DNA of 64,000 nucleotides from Epithemia pelagica. Taxonomy: Eukaryota; Protista; Bacillariophyta. Shown here piece after piece: positions 21,709 through 35,592 of the stretch. The stretch lies in NCBI GenBank assembly GCA_946965045.2, contig OX337241.1, forward strand, positions 868,001-932,000, read 5' to 3'. The notes under the pieces were generated by a model, which saw nothing but the letters and a program-made list of their open reading frames with translations, was not told the DNA's origin and did no database searches. How positions within the stretch are numbered: the stretch's first letter is position 1; each line of letters opens with the position of its first letter. Made by a program: the position numbers and the translations under genes.

Positions 21709-24700
21709 CTACTTCAAAAATGCCAAGGAATCCAAAAGCCCAACCAAGCCATGTAACTGTCGATACATCTTTCTTGTTTGATATCCTCGAACAATGCGTT
21801 GGACTTGAGCGGCCTTGACTCCAATTTGTTTTAACCGTTGTGTCTCGAGATATTCCAATGCCCCTGCACGGAAATACGTCAATGTCTTTCCCATGACATA
21901 GGCCTTGACCACTTTTCCATTACCTTTTTTGCTGCGAGGAGGCTTTTCGAGCTCTTTCAACGCCTTGTTCAACAAGGCATCGACCGCGATTTTATTCACA
22001 GAATCCTGTGTACTTTGTCCCTTGGGTGGACGACTGTTGTTAGTGGTACCATCCTGTTTCAGACTGCCCCGTGGCCGGTGACTCGGTCCTTCTCCCAGTG
22101 CCTCGAACCGATCCAAGACAGCCTGGTGGGGGAGTCGATTGGGAAAGGTGGATCGTGACATGGTGACAGCACCCACCACTCCCACACATTTCAGTTGTTC
22201 CAAGGTCAATTTGTGTTGCATTAACAGCGGTTCTTTCGAGGAATTCGGTTTGAATATAGCGGGTTCGCGTCCGGCTCAACGTGTCCATCAAATCCGACAA
22301 TTGAATCTTGAATTTGGTCCACACTGTTTGTTGTACCAGGTTCGATTGACGGCTCTGTTCGGACGCCAACAAGGGTTTTCGCTTGGTTGCCACTGGAGCA
22401 GCCGCCGCCGGATGCATTTCGGGACGCGCTTGTTCGGGATCGTCCGGGGGAGTTGTCGTCGTCACATCAATGTCCTTGGGGGGTGCGACTAGTTTGACAA
22501 TTTCATTGGAGGATGCTCGGGCACAGTCTTGGAGGGCCGTGGGCAACAAATCCTTGTTTTTGGCAATGAATCCTTCGGATGTATAAAGGACTTGATGAGC
22601 ATAATGATCAATGGCAAATTCCGTCGGACCAAAGCGTTTGTCCTTGATCAGGCCGTTCTTAGTGGAGTTGCCCTTTGCATGAAGATTGACAATCTTGGTG
22701 ACAAAGGCTGCATCGCCTCCACCAGGACGAAGGCACTCTTCATTCAAGACGGACAACAAACCCATTTTGCCTTCAATCAAATCCAACACGGTGGAATTGT
22801 CGGGCCAGGAAATTTGATCCAATTCAATACCTTCCGCCTTGTATTCTTGTTGAATGGAAACAAAGACATCTTGTGCAAATCGTCTTTGCAGTTTTTCATT
22901 GGCATAGTTGAAACACAATTGTTCAAACCGATTGGTATCAAAGGATTCGAATCCAGTGATATCCAACAATCCAATCACACCACGGTCCGAGGCATTTGCG
23001 TTCTTTTTGCCGTCGTCCCCGAGTGGCAGTGCTTGTGTCGCTTGGTTAATCTTGTCCACCAACCACGAAAAGGTTTGGGCATAAATTTCCTTGGCCAAGG
23101 CATTGCAAGCATCCCTGGCTTGTGTGGCAGTCAGGGGTACGATAAATTCTTCATTTCGTGCCTTCATGGTACGAAACAAGAGGGCCGATTCCAAGGCATT
23201 GCTCGTTTTGTCATGGTTGGTGATTTCCAATCCCATGAACCGTGTCAATTCGTGCAAGTCTTGTTGATTGGTAATACGGCACGCATTCTGGTCCTGGGTG
23301 GTTGACGGGGTGTTGTCTTGTTCCGCAAATACGAGGTTGCCCAATTGCAAAACAATGCACAAGGCCCGAAACAGAGTGGTACGTCCAGGACCGGTAATGC
23401 CCATGACCGTCAAGGCATGTACCGTATTGGCAAAGTGTTGTCGATCCGTGAGTCCTTCAATCGTATCCGAGGGGGACCAGACGGCCGCAGATCCACCCAA
23501 GTACAAAAAAGAGTCGGGTGTCAACTCCAACAAGCGAGGCCAAACCTCTCGTTTCACTGCATTCAATTCGCGTTCCGTCGGACGGCCATGACGACTCGCG
23601 GTGGTGGTGGTGTTGGTTTGGTTGTCTTTTGACATGGTTGTCAACGAGGGTGGGGTTGATGCCGAGGTAGGAGCGGTGGTGGTCGTTGTGGGGGTGGATG
23701 AAGCTGTCGCACTCGTTTGTGCCGGTGCCAAGAGTTGATAAAAAATGTGAAAATTCCGTTCGGGTTCGACGCGTGTCGTCGTTGTTCCCAGGTGTGTTGC
23801 TCCCGCACGGCCCCTGCGACCACGACTGTCCGACGACGATGACTGTGGTTGTTGTGATTGTTGCACAATGCGTGATTTTTCCAACATGTACACGTGACAG
23901 AGACTGCCGACCAAGGTACAAGAGGGAATGCGATGACCGACATGAACGGATTGAACGGGTGGTCCCACATCAAATTGCAATTGCGTGTATTTGCCAAACC
24001 GCGACGAATTGTCATTGCGAGCGGTTTGGGCATTGCCAAAGGCTTCCAACAAGGGATTGGAATCCAAAATACGTTGTTGATGCACGCGTCGTGTGGCGTC
24101 GTCGTCGTCGGTCGTATTCTTGTTGTGGATCAAAGAAGAAGATTCCCCATTGTTCCTAGCGTGTCCTGGTTGTTCTTGTTTTTTGGGGGAGGTCCACCAC
24201 TTGCGGGTGTGAGCTGTCGTTGTCGTCGTCGTGTGTGGGACAGTGGGTGGTGGTGCCACCAAGGAGGCAATGTGTTGCATACAAATCTTGACCGATTGGG
24301 TCTTGCCGGCACCGGATTCTCCCGACACCAAAATGGCTTGATCTTGTCGTTGGGTGGCCAATCCATGATAGGCCCGCGCCGAAACTTCATAAATGTGCGG
24401 TTCCATTCGCCGGTTCGTCGGTTCGTCGTCCTTGTCGTCGTTGTTATTGTCGTTGTCGTTTTTGTTGTGGGGATCTGTCGTCGTCGTCCCATGGTTCTTC
24501 TTGTCGTTGTTGCCATGATGGTGGGACCAAATCCAGGCTTGCGCATAGGCATGCTGTGTGTCGTGCGAATACAATCCGTCAATCCAGACAAAGGGGTTGC
24601 AGGCAATGAGAATGTCTCCCGTTTTGGTATAGGGTTTCGACTGTCGATACCGGGCCTTGACATTGTACAAAATGGCCGCCTAGGTAATAACAGAGGTAGC

Positions 24701-25742
24701 AATCGTAGGAGTGTCGAGTCGAGTCGAGTCGAGTGGTGGTGGTGTGTTCCAACACACACGACCGCGGTTGTTGGAGAGGATCGGTAGAGCAATGATGACA
24801 CGTTCCAAAACCACGACGACGACGACAAGAGGTGGTTGGTGGTGTGGTGTGGTTGGTGGGTCGTCGTCCAAACACGCCGTCGAAGAATCATCATCATCAT
24901 CGTCATCAACAGCAAACCCATGACAGCGGTCCCAAACGAACAAAAACCAATCGAAAATACCATAGAAAACCAAAAAAACCAAGCATATATATATGAGTCG
25001 AACCACTCATCAAACCCATTGCCCACACATGGCGTGCATGGTCCGGATAAGGGTGTGTTGTATACTAGGTTGGTCCGGTACGTACTTCATGCAAAAAGGG
25101 CAAATCGACCATATCGGGAACCACCTTTAATTGTCCTTGGGCATCGACATTTTGCAACAACCACGACGGTTGGTGATTGTGATGGTGATTGTGATGGTTG
25201 TGGTTGCTTTGAGTATGAGAAGGATGATGCAAGGGAAGGGTTTGTAATTCATGGGACACGGCCGATTGTCCTCCATCCGATTGAATGTCGGCTTCCCTGG
25301 CATAGTGGGGCACCGATACTTGGACCAATTGTGGTTGTGGTTGTGCCACTGGTGGACTTGTCGTGAAAGGAGGAGCGGCCTTGGGTTTGGAACCACCAAC
25401 CGTTTTTTTGCTCTTTCTTGTCTTTTTGTTCGAAGTACTGGTCGTCGTGGTGGTCGTTGTACTGGTCGTCGTTGTTGTTGTACTGGGCAAGATTTCGACG
25501 ACCCGGGCCGGAATCCATCCATAGTCGTGAGAGGGAATGTAGACATATTTGGACGTGCCGGCCACGGCGGCCGTGGCTTCGGATACCGACGAGGAGACGG
25601 ACAAGTCTCCCAGACTCGATTGCGAGAGCAGCAAGGACGACCGACCAGCACCACCCTGGCGCGACGACGAGGAGGACACGGACAAGGCGGCCGAGGGACG
25701 ACGATTCGGATTACTACTTGCCCAGGAAGGACGACGACTCAT
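21709..25742 (-). pseudogene. Tail-less myosin copy 1, 8-bp deletion in the RYIRCIKPN motif
   Basis: Exon 1 25086-25742, intron 24680-25085 (LHE|AAILYN). GESGAGKT, NDNSSRFGK and DITGFE are present. TGCAACGA is missing at 22253/22254 relative to copies 2 and 3, which shifts the frame. Confidence 0.88.
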
Positions 25743-25776
25743 CTCGTCTCGTTGGGTGAATATAGAAACGCAGAAC

Positions 25777-25778
<2 letters not shown>

Positions 25779-25820
<42 letters not shown>
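25779..25820. repeat. (AG)21 microsatellite in the myosin 5' leader; (AG)18 at 35010-35045 and (AG)22 at 44143-44186
   Basis: Read directly from the sequence; lies ~30-37 bp upstream of each myosin ATG. Confidence 0.9.
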
Positions 25821-25824
<4 letters not shown>

Positions 25825-26371
25825 GGTGCCAAACGCAGAGAGAGATGGAGAGAGTGTGAAACAACAAACGACAATAGATATGATGCCACTGTCTACTCGT
25901 GTTGTTGCTCTAGAGTGGCAATCAACGATATTATCTCTATTGGCGCCGACGACAACAAGAGAAGATGTGGATCTGATGCCATAAAAAGATCGTCGGGCCC
26001 CAAAATTGGCTTTTTCCTGACGTGTAACGTCGTGGTCGTGAGCGTGGATGTCTCCATCTTCTGTTGGGTCATTTTCGCACTCTTGGGGGAAAGTCCCTTG
26101 CACGATTTCGTTCCGGACTGGCGGGCGTGCCAATCCGGGTTTCTTCGGTCGCCCATATGCGGGTGATGGTCAGACCAGTATCACGTGGGTCGCACATTCA
26201 GTCTCGTGATGGCTCCCACGCTCCACGTGTCTTGTCGTCACAAACGACGGTCCCAACGACCATGAGAGGATGATAAGGACGAGGACGACGACGCCGTGGT
26301 ATTCCATCCTACCGTCCGTTCCACACCATTCTCCTCCTGCCACTAGATCGAGAATACCAGTATTCCCAAAA

Positions 26372-27607
26372 ATGTCGATCTTTGTTGTAGTTCTACTTTT
26401 GGTCGTATGGATCACACCAGCAGCAGCTTCCACAGGCGATGCTTCTACTACTGCTCCGCCCTCGTTGTTGTGGTTGTCCCCGGGTCCTTCTCGTTGTGGT
26501 TGTGTGGAATCGTTGGGGCAGAATCCAGCCATTTGTGAAAATGAGGAGGAGGAGGACGAAACGGACGTCATTCCATTGCAATTTGTGTTACGAGGAGGAG
26601 CAGCAGATCAGGATGGCCCATTGGCAGACTACAACAACAACAACAAGAACCCATGGGAGGATTCGCGCCAAGACCATTCAAATGACTGGGACAGTGATCC
26701 TCCCAGTGGTATTTTTGATTGGGACGATCGCCAACCAATGCCATGGGATACCAACAACCACCAGGAAGAAGAAGAAGAGGATACTTTTGGACAAGTGCCA
26801 CTGACAGCAGACTCATCCTCTTGGTCGTCATCGGTGGATCGACCTCCTCCACCCCAACAACCACCACCACCTTCTCCACGACCGCAACTGGGTGGTGCTG
26901 CTGGTTCTTCCACCAATCCGCACGCTGACAATGCCAATGACGATCCGTGGAACAATGCCTCTGATCCAAACGATCTCGATGACGATAAGCAGGACAACGA
27001 AAATGATACTGACGACGACGACTGGATGGGTGCACGTCCATCGCGTCCACGACAACAACAACCACAACGCCCCCCCTATCCTCAATCGCCACCATCACGA
27101 GGCAGCTCCTATCAAAGCAGCACTGGAACCAACAACAAGAGGAACGAAAAGCCGATTGCCTATTCCTTTCGGAGCAAGCAACAAACAATAAACCAACCAC
27201 CCAAGAAAAAATCGTCTTGGTTTGGATGGAAATCCTCCCCAGCATCCGTGGACAACAAGAATAACAACAAGAACATGAAGGAGGAGGACGAACCGAATGG
27301 TCGACAAATCAGCAGACCCCAACGACGACCAACCCAAGAGAAGGACGACGACGATTGGTTTGATACTCGAGGCACGGAGGATAACAGGACTGGACGAACC
27401 AATCGGAATCCATCGGAACCAGGAGCTCGACCGTGGGTCGATTCCTCCGTGGGCACCCTGGAACCTCGTGGACGACCACGGCGTGATGGACCTCGAGAGG
27501 ACCGCTCTTCCCGAATTCCATCCTCGTCCGAAACGGAGAGTTCTTTGGGGCTGGTCCGAGTTCCACCACAGCCAAAGACCCATTGTCATTGTTGCTACGA
27601 TGGATGA
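26372..27607 (+). CDS. Truncated/chimeric gene Y copy 1 (~411 aa; signal peptide, acidic/Pro-rich, no membrane domain)
   Basis: Homologous to the 5' part of 44739..47204 up to SETES. The last 21 codons come from antisense family X exon 1. Expression is unknown. Confidence 0.55.
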   Translation: MSIFVVVLLLVVWITPAAASTGDASTTAPPSLLWLSPGPSRCGCVESLGQNPAICENEEEEDETDVIPLQFVLRGGAADQDGPLADYNNNNKNPWEDSRQDHSNDWDSDPPSGIFDWDDRQPMPWDTNNHQEEEEEDTFGQVPLTADSSSWSSSVDRPPPPQQPPPPSPRPQLGGAAGSSTNPHADNANDDPWNNASDPNDLDDDKQDNENDTDDDDWMGARPSRPRQQQPQRPPYPQSPPSRGSSYQSSTGTNNKRNEKPIAYSFRSKQQTINQPPKKKSSWFGWKSSPASVDNKNNNKNMKEEDEPNGRQISRPQRRPTQEKDDDDWFDTRGTEDNRTGRTNRNPSEPGARPWVDSSVGTLEPRGRPRRDGPREDRSSRIPSSSETESSLGLVRVPPQPKTHCHCCYDG

Positions 27608-27665
27608 ATGGAACCCGTTCATGCTGGTAGGAGGACGAATCGGAATAGGTAGCTCCAGCACCCAT
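27543..27665 (-). pseudogene. Family X MGAGAT-type exon-1 remnant (unit 2)
   Basis: MGAGATYSDSSSYQHERVP...ELGPAPK matches 18364-18487 and is cut at the duplication junction. Confidence 0.8.
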
Positions 27666-28137
27666 GATGACGATGATTGCACTTTATGAACTGCCCAGAA
27701 TGGCACATCCAGAATGGCACATGACGCACCGTCTCCATATCGCGAAGTCCTCTAATCATGATTTTTTCCCAAGATCGTACAAGTAACAACACCATGGATT
27801 CCTTAGTATCTTTTTTGAAAAAGATACGATCCCGCGAAAAAAGAGACGTAGCTATCGAACTAAGTCAGGAGCGGGACTGCGCTAAGCGACAATGCTGATG
27901 CTATCCACTCACACCATAGATAGGAGCAGGACCTCTGTCCCGTACTCCATTCGTGGCAACGCCTGGCGACAACTGATGTCTCTCATTTTTACTCAATTGC
28001 TGACATAGAGCTGGCCCCGTGACTTATTCAAAAGCATCCAATTTAAGTTTTGCTTCATCCCTACGCCCTCAAACCTTTAGATAATGTCACTTGAATCACA
28101 TGCATTTATATATACCCTCCTAAATCTTCAATGTTCC

Positions 28138-30271
28138 TTACGGCTTGCACAAGGATGGATCTTTTCCCGTGTAAAAGCATTCCCATTCATCCCACCAATC
28201 GGCTGTGGTAATGATACGCGTATTGCCCTGATCGACTTCCAACAGCATGTGAATCCAAACACCAAATTCATTAATGCCAAAGTAGTGGGTATCGTTTCCA
28301 TAATCATTGCGCAAATAGGTTCCACCACAGGGCGCACCACGGTTCGATACGGCAATAAGGTCAGCACTCAGCATGAGCTTTTCCACAACGGTTTCACCTG
28401 GTTCGGCGAGTCGAATGTCTTCCCACTTTTGTTTCCAGTCATCGTCCACCACGTATTTCGAGTCACAGGTATCGTCAATGGGACGGGCAAACACAGTCAA
28501 GTCCGGCTCGAGGAAAACGTTCTGACGAAGCGCTTTCGATGCCTCATACAAGGTCTCTTCTTTATTGCTCCGCAACGACGGGTTGCTCAGTTTTGCCTCG
28601 GCACCTTCCACCGAATCTTCGCTCCCGACGGGCCACCCCGGTTTTGGGTTCTGTAACGAGAGATATCGATCGAAGCGGCCGTCGACCTCCTTCGACACGG
28701 CATAATCATCACCACTTGCCAACCGACTCATCCAAATACCCGATGGCTTGGTATTGTCCGTTTGATGTTCGACATCGGTGTAACCGCGGAACTGCTGATA
28801 AGCACGGTAGTAAAATTGAAGGACTTGGCTCTCCTCATCATAGTGCACCGTGGTATAGCCACCATTCAAGCCCAGGTAATACATGGGACTAGTGGCCATT
28901 TCACCCGAAACCATGGTCAAGGGTTTGTCCACAGGAAGGATAATATGAGTGTCTGTATATCCCACTCCCGTTCCATTCTCAAAATGGCGACAACTGTTTT
29001 CGGATTTGCGAATGGACCGAGTCTCCATAAAGGTTGCATTCTTCGATAATGCAATCGCTTCCATAGCATGTTGGCGATGATGGACCCAACCTTCGGTCGT
29101 CTCGGGGTCCAGGGCAAGTTGAACTTCCGGATCGGCACTGTAGCGACGAATCTGCCACAAGTGGACCTTGTCAATGCCGGCGTCGACTTGCATTGACACA
29201 ATGTCCGTGAGAGCCCATACGACCGAAAGAAAATCCATGCGGCCGGCAAAGTTTCCCAAATCAAAGTCCTCTCCAGATTGCAAGGTTTCCTCGTTGTACT
29301 GGCGAATGTACTCTCCGCGAGCCGTGCTATATTCACTTGTATAGGTGATTGCATGAATCTTTTCGGCCGCACCTGCCATGGGCTTGTCGGTGACTTGCGA
29401 TACAGCGTTGGGAAGAAAGACGGACGTGATAATTCCTGTTTCGCTCTCATTGTACATTTTGTAAGTACGAGAATAGCCTGAAATCATTTGAATGTGCAAC
29501 GGCAGTAGGACATGAGTGCCATTGTACTCAACCTTGGAGGCCACATCCGGTACGGGTTGTTCCTTCAAGTCAAAGTACAACACTTGTTCCATCACTGGCT
29601 CTTCACCTTCGATAACTGTGCGCTTAATATCGACTTGAGCCAATTCTGATTCGAATTCGGTCGGGACCCAAATAGGATAACCGGAGGCCGGAATCTGGCT
29701 AGATACGCCGTTCTTGTAAGCAGTGCAAGTATGCTTCTTTTTAAAGCAAAAGGGGGTTCCATAGGTACCTGGTGCTGGTGGCTGTTCCATCTGGGTCGAA
29801 CAATCCAGATCCGTGCAACATTGTCGGCAACGCTTCTTGCAACAAATATTGGACTTGCATTGACCGTCCGCAAGACAGATCCAGCCATCCGGTAGCCAAC
29901 CAGTCAATGAATCATCTGAGGGTGCGATGAGTCCAATCATGTTGGCCGGACCAACCGTCTGTGAGTGTGTTTCATGCAAGACCAGAAAAGGGTAAGGGAA
30001 TACGTGTTTAAAGCCTTTTCCACACACTAGGGCATTTCTCTCCTCAAGAAGACAAGCAGGTATTAGTCCGTGTGGCACATACAGTCATTCCCAACAAGAC
30101 AAATCCAACCAACAACGTAGCTCCTCCGGCCAGGATCATCCACCCACGTTTCTTCTGCGGTGGTCCGAGCTCCACAACAGCCGCTGAGCCATCGTCGTTG
30201 TCATGGTGGATCAAGGGCACCCGCTCATGCTGATACGAGGATGAATCGGAATAGTTTGCTCCAGTACCCAT
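28138..30271 (-). CDS. Family X copy C: intact ~669-aa type-II membrane protein with Cys-rich domain, function unknown
   Basis: Exon 1 30083-30271 (one hydrophobic helix WMILAGGATLLVGFVLLGMT), GT-AG intron 29959-30082, exon 2 open to the stop at 28138. Confidence 0.85.
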
Positions 30272-30931
30272 GATGATGATGAGGATTGGATTTTATGGAC
30301 CGTGCTTGATGATTTGATGCACTTTCCATATCTTGTTGACATCTAATCACGACTTTTGCAAAAAAGATCTCGTACATGTCGCACTGCAACGTGGATTCCT
30401 GTTCTGACCTTGAGGAGAATCTTAGGAAAAAGATACTCCTAACTCGCATAGACTTTTGATTCTTTTGGGCACGGCTGAGTCAGGAGTGGGACTGTGCTAC
30501 CCATCACTCCTTCAATGAAACACGCCGGAGGACTCGACGTGCTGCCCAAAGGTAACTATAGAGAATGATCGGTTCATATTTTGACTGACTTGTGGGAATT
30601 CTTGTTCATGCGCTTGTACCTCATGCGCTTGTACCTCTCATGTGTGCAAACCGTACGTCGCAGTCTCCTCCTTTCGAGAAGAAAAGTCGAGAAAGCGGCG
30701 AGGAACTCCCCGCGAGAGGACAAGTCGAGAAAGGGGGAGTTCCCAGGAATTCACTTCGCAGACTGTAGATTACCAACGAAATTGTGATTCTTTCCAGTCC
30801 TGTGTGCTTTCTCCTAGATACTAGGAGTCTCCTAGATACTAGGAGAGAGGCGGGCATCTTCAACCGGTAGTCACAACTACATTACTTCAAGTTAACGAGG
30901 GATACGTTCCCATGTAGGACTTGTGTTGTGT

Positions 30932-33900
30932 CTACTTCAAAAATGCCAAGGAATCCAAAAGCCCAACCACGCCATGTAACTGTCGATACATCTTTCTTGT
31001 TTGATATCCTCGAACAATGCGTTGGACTTGAGCGGCCTTGACTCCAATTTGTTTTAACCGTTGTGTCTCGAGATATTCCAATGCCCCTGCACGGAAATAC
31101 GTCAATGTCTTTCCCATGACATAGGCCTTGACCACTTTTCCATTACCTTTTTTGCTGCGAGGAGGCTTTTCGAGCTCTTTCAACGCCTTGTTCAACAAGG
31201 CATCGACCGCGATTTTATTCACAGAATCCTGTGTACTTTGTCCCTTGGGTGGACGACTGTTGTTAGTGGTACCATCCTGTTTCAGACTGCCCCGTGGCCG
31301 GTGACTCGGTCCTTCTCCCAATGCCTTGAACCGATCCAAGACAGCCTGGTGGGGGAGTCGATTGGGAAAGGTGGATCGTGACATGGTGACAGCACCCACC
31401 ACTCCCACACATTTCAGTTGTTCCAAGGTCAATTTGTGTTGCATCAACAGCGGTTCTTTCGAGGAATTCGGTTTGATGCAACGAATATAGCGGGTTCGCG
31501 TCCGGCTCAACGTGTCCATCAAATCCGACAATTGAATCTTGAATTTGGTCCACACTGTTTGTTGTACCAGGTTCGATTGACGGCTCTGTTCGGACGCCAA
31601 CAAGGGTTTTCGCTTGGTTGCCACTGGAGCAGCCGCCGCCGGATGCATTTCGGGACGCGCTTGTTCGGGATCGTCCGGGGGAGTTGTCGTCGTCACATCA
31701 ATGTCCTTGGGGGGTGCGACTAGTTTGACAATTTCATTGGAGGATGTTCGGGCACAGTCTTGGAGGGCCGTGGGCAACAAATCCTTGTTTTTGGCAATGA
31801 ATCCTTCGGATGTATAGAGGACTTGGTGGGCATAATGATCAATGGCAAATTCCGTCGGACCAAAGCGTTTGTCCTTGATCAGGCCGTTCTTTGTGGAGCT
31901 ACCCTTGGCATGAAGATTGACAATCTTGGTGACAAAGGCTGCATCGCTTCCACCAGGACGAAGGCACTCTTCATTCAAGACGGACAACAAACCCATTTTG
32001 CCTTCAATCAAATCCAACACGGTGGAATTGTCGGGCCAGGCAATTTGATCCAATTCAATACCTTCCGCCTTGTATTCTTGTTGAATGGAAACAAAGACAT
32101 CTTGTGCAAATCGTCTTTGCAGTTTTTCATTGGCATAGTTGAAACACAATTGTTCAAACCGATTGGTATCAAAGGATTCGAATCCAGTGATATCCAACAA
32201 TCCAATCACACCACGGTCCGAGGCATTTGCGTTCTTTTTGCCGTCGTCCCCGAGTGGCAGTGCTTGTGTCGCTTGGTTAATCTTGTCCACCAACCACGAA
32301 AAGGTTTGGGCATAAATTTCCTTGGCCAAGGCATTGCAAGCATCCCTGGCTTGTGTGGCAGTCAGGGGTACGATAAATTCTTCATTTCGTGCCTTCATGG
32401 TACGAAACAAGAGGGCCGATTCCAAGGCATTGCTCGTTTTGTCATGGTTGGTGATTTCCAATCCCATGAACCGTGTCAATTCGTGCAAGTCTTGTTGATT
32501 GGTAATACGGCACGCATTCTGGTCCTGGGTGGTTGACGGGGTGTTGTCTTGTTCCGCAAATACGAGGTTGCCCAATTGCAAAACAATGCACAAGGCCCGA
32601 AACAGAGTGGTACGTCCAGGACCGGTAATGCCCATGACCGTCAAGGCATGTACCGTATTGGCAAAGTGTTGTCGATCCGTGAGTCCTTCAATCGTATCCG
32701 AGGGGGACCAGACGGCCGCAGATCCACCCAAGTACAAAAAAGAGTCGGGTGTCAACTCCAACAAGCGAGGCCAAACCTCTCGTTTCACTGCATTCAATTC
32801 GCGTTCCGTCGGACGGCCATGACGACTCGCGGTGGTGGTGGTGTTGGTTTGGTTGTCTTTTGACATGGTTGTCAACGAGGGTGGGGTTGATGCCGAGGTA
32901 GGAGCGGTGGTGGTCGTTGTGGGGGTGGATGAAGCTGTCGCACTCGTTTGTGCCGGTGCCAAGAGTTGATAAAAAATGTGAAAATTCCGTTCGGGTTCGA
33001 CGCGTGTCGTCGTTGTTCCCAGGTGTGTTGCTCCCGCACGGCCCCTGCGACCACGACTGTCCGACGACGATGACTGTGGTTGTTGTGATTGTTGCACAAT
33101 GCGTGATTTTTCCAACATGTACACGTGACAGAGACTGCCGACCAAGGTACAAGAGGGAATGCGATGACCGACATGAACGGATTGAACGGGTGGTCCCACA
33201 TCAAATTGCAATTGCGTGTATTTGCCAAACCGCGACGAATTGTCATTGCGAGCGGTTTGGGCATTGCCAAAGGCTTCCAACAAGGGATTGGAATCCAAAA
33301 TACGTTGTTGATGCACGCGTCGTGTGGCGTCGTCGTCGTCGGTCGTATTCTTGTTGTGGATCAAAGAAGAAGATTCCCCATTGTTCCTAGCGTGTCCTGG
33401 TTGTTCTTGTTTTTTGGGGGAGGTCCACCACTTGCGGGTGTGAGCTGTCGTTGTCGTCGTCGTGTGTGGGACAGTGGGTGGTGGTGCCACCAAGGAGGCA
33501 ATGTGTTGCATACAAATCTTGACCGATTGGGTCTTGCCGGCACCGGATTCTCCCGACACCAAAATGGCTTGATCTTGTCGTTGGGTGGCCAATCCATGAT
33601 AGGCCCGCGCCGAAACTTCATAAATGTGCGGTTCCATTCGCCGGTTCGTCGGTTCGTCGTCCTTGTCGTCGTTGTTATTGTCGTTGTCGTTTTTGTTGTG
33701 GGGATCTGTCGTCGTCGTCCCATGGTTCTTCTTGTCGTTGTTGCCATGATGGTGGGACCAAATCCAGGCTTGCGCATAGGCATGCTGTGTGTCGTGCGAA
33801 TACAATCCGTCAATCCAGACAAAGGGGTTGCAGGCAATGAGAATGTCTCCCGTTTTGGTATAGGGTTTCGACTGTCGATACCGGGCCTTGACATTGTACA

Positions 33901-34973
33901 AAATGGCCGCCTAGGTAATAACAGAGGTAGCAATCGTAGGAGTGTCGAGTCGAGTCGAGTCGAGTGGTGGTGGTGTGTTCCAACACACACGACCGCGGTT
34001 GTTGGAGAGGATCGGTAGAGCAATGATGACACGTTCCAAAACCACGACGACGACGACAAGAGGTGGTTGGTGGTGTGGTGTGGTTGGTGGGTCGTCGTCC
34101 AAACACGCCGTCGAAGAATCATCATCATCATCGTCATCAACAGCAAACCCATGACAGCGGTCCCAAACGAACAAAAACCAATCGAAAATACCATAGAAAA
34201 CCAAAAAAACCAAGCATATATATATGAGTCGAACCACTCATCAAACCCATTGCCCACACATGGCGTGCATGGTCCGGATAAGGGTGTGTTGTATACTAGG
34301 TTGGTCCGGTACGTACTTCATGCAAAAAGGGCAAATCGACCATATCGGGAACCACCTTTAATTGTCCTTGGGCATCGACATTTTGCAACAACCACGACGG
34401 TTGGTGATTGTGATGGTGATTGTGATGGTTGTGGTTGCTTTGAGTATGAGAAGGATGATGCAAGGGAAGGGTTTGTAATTCATGGGACACGGCCGATTGT
34501 CCTCCATCCGATTGAATGTCGGCTTCCCTGGCATAGTGGGGCACCGATACTTGGACCAATTGTGGTTGTGGTTGTGCCACTGGTGGACTTGTCGTGAAAG
34601 GAGGAGCGGCCTTGGGTTTGGAACCACCAACCGTTTTTTTGCTCTTTCTTGTCTTTTTGTTCGAAGTACTGGTCGTCGTGGTGGTCGTTGTACTGGTCGT
34701 CGTTGTTGTTGTACTGGGCAAGATTTCGACGACCCGGGCCGGAATCCATCCATAGTCGTGAGAGGGAATGTAGACATATTTGGACGTGCCGGCCACGGCG
34801 GCCGTGGCTTCGGATACCGACGAGGAGACGGACAAGTCTCCCAGACTCGATTGCGAGAGCAGCAAGGACGACCGACCAGCACCACCCTGGCGCGACGACG
34901 AGGAGGACACGGACAAGGCGGCCGAGGGACGACGATTCGGATTACTACTTGCCCAGGAAGGACGACGACTCAT
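30932..34973 (-). CDS. Tail-less myosin copy 2 (intact, ~1211 aa)
   Basis: Exon 1 34317-34973 (SH3-like YVYIPSHDYGWIPARV), intron 33911-34316, exon 2 30932-33910. P-loop, switch I/II, relay and RCIKPN are present. A single IQ-like motif is followed by a stop. Confidence 0.88.
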
Positions 34974-35007
34974 CTCGTCTCGTTGGGTGAATATAGAAAC
35001 GCAGAAC

Positions 35008-35049
<42 letters not shown>

Positions 35050-35592
35050 GGTCCCAAACGCAGAGAGAGATCGAGAGAGTGTGAAACAACAAACGACAAT
35101 AGATATGATGCCACTGTCTACTCGTGTTGTTGCTCTAGAGAGGCAATCAACGATATTATCTCTATTGGCGCCGACGACAACAAGAGAAGATGTGGATCTG
35201 ATGCCATAAAAAGATCGTCGGGCCCCAAAATTGGCTTTTTCCTGACGTGTAACGTCGTGGTCGTGAGCGTGAATGTCTCCGTCTTCTGTTGGGTCATTTT
35301 CGCACTCTTGGGGGAAAGTTTGCACGATTTCTTTCTGGACTGGCGGGCGTGACAATCCGGGTTCATTCGTCGCCCTTATGCGGGTGACGGGCAGACCAGT
35401 ATCACGTGGGTCGCACATTCAGTCTCGTGATGGCTCCCACGCTCCACGTGTCTTGTCGTCACAAACGACGGTCCCAACGACCATGAGAGGATGATAAGGA
35501 CGAGGACGACGACGCCGTGGTATTCCATCCTACCGTCCGTTCCACACCATTCTCCTCCTGCCACTAGATCGAGAATACCAGTATTCCCAAAA

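Noticed and set aside
23894-25026. Numerous 100-300-aa overlapping ORFs across the myosin and gene Y regions (and their copies)
   Set aside because: By-products of GC-balanced, trinucleotide-rich coding sequence; no motifs.
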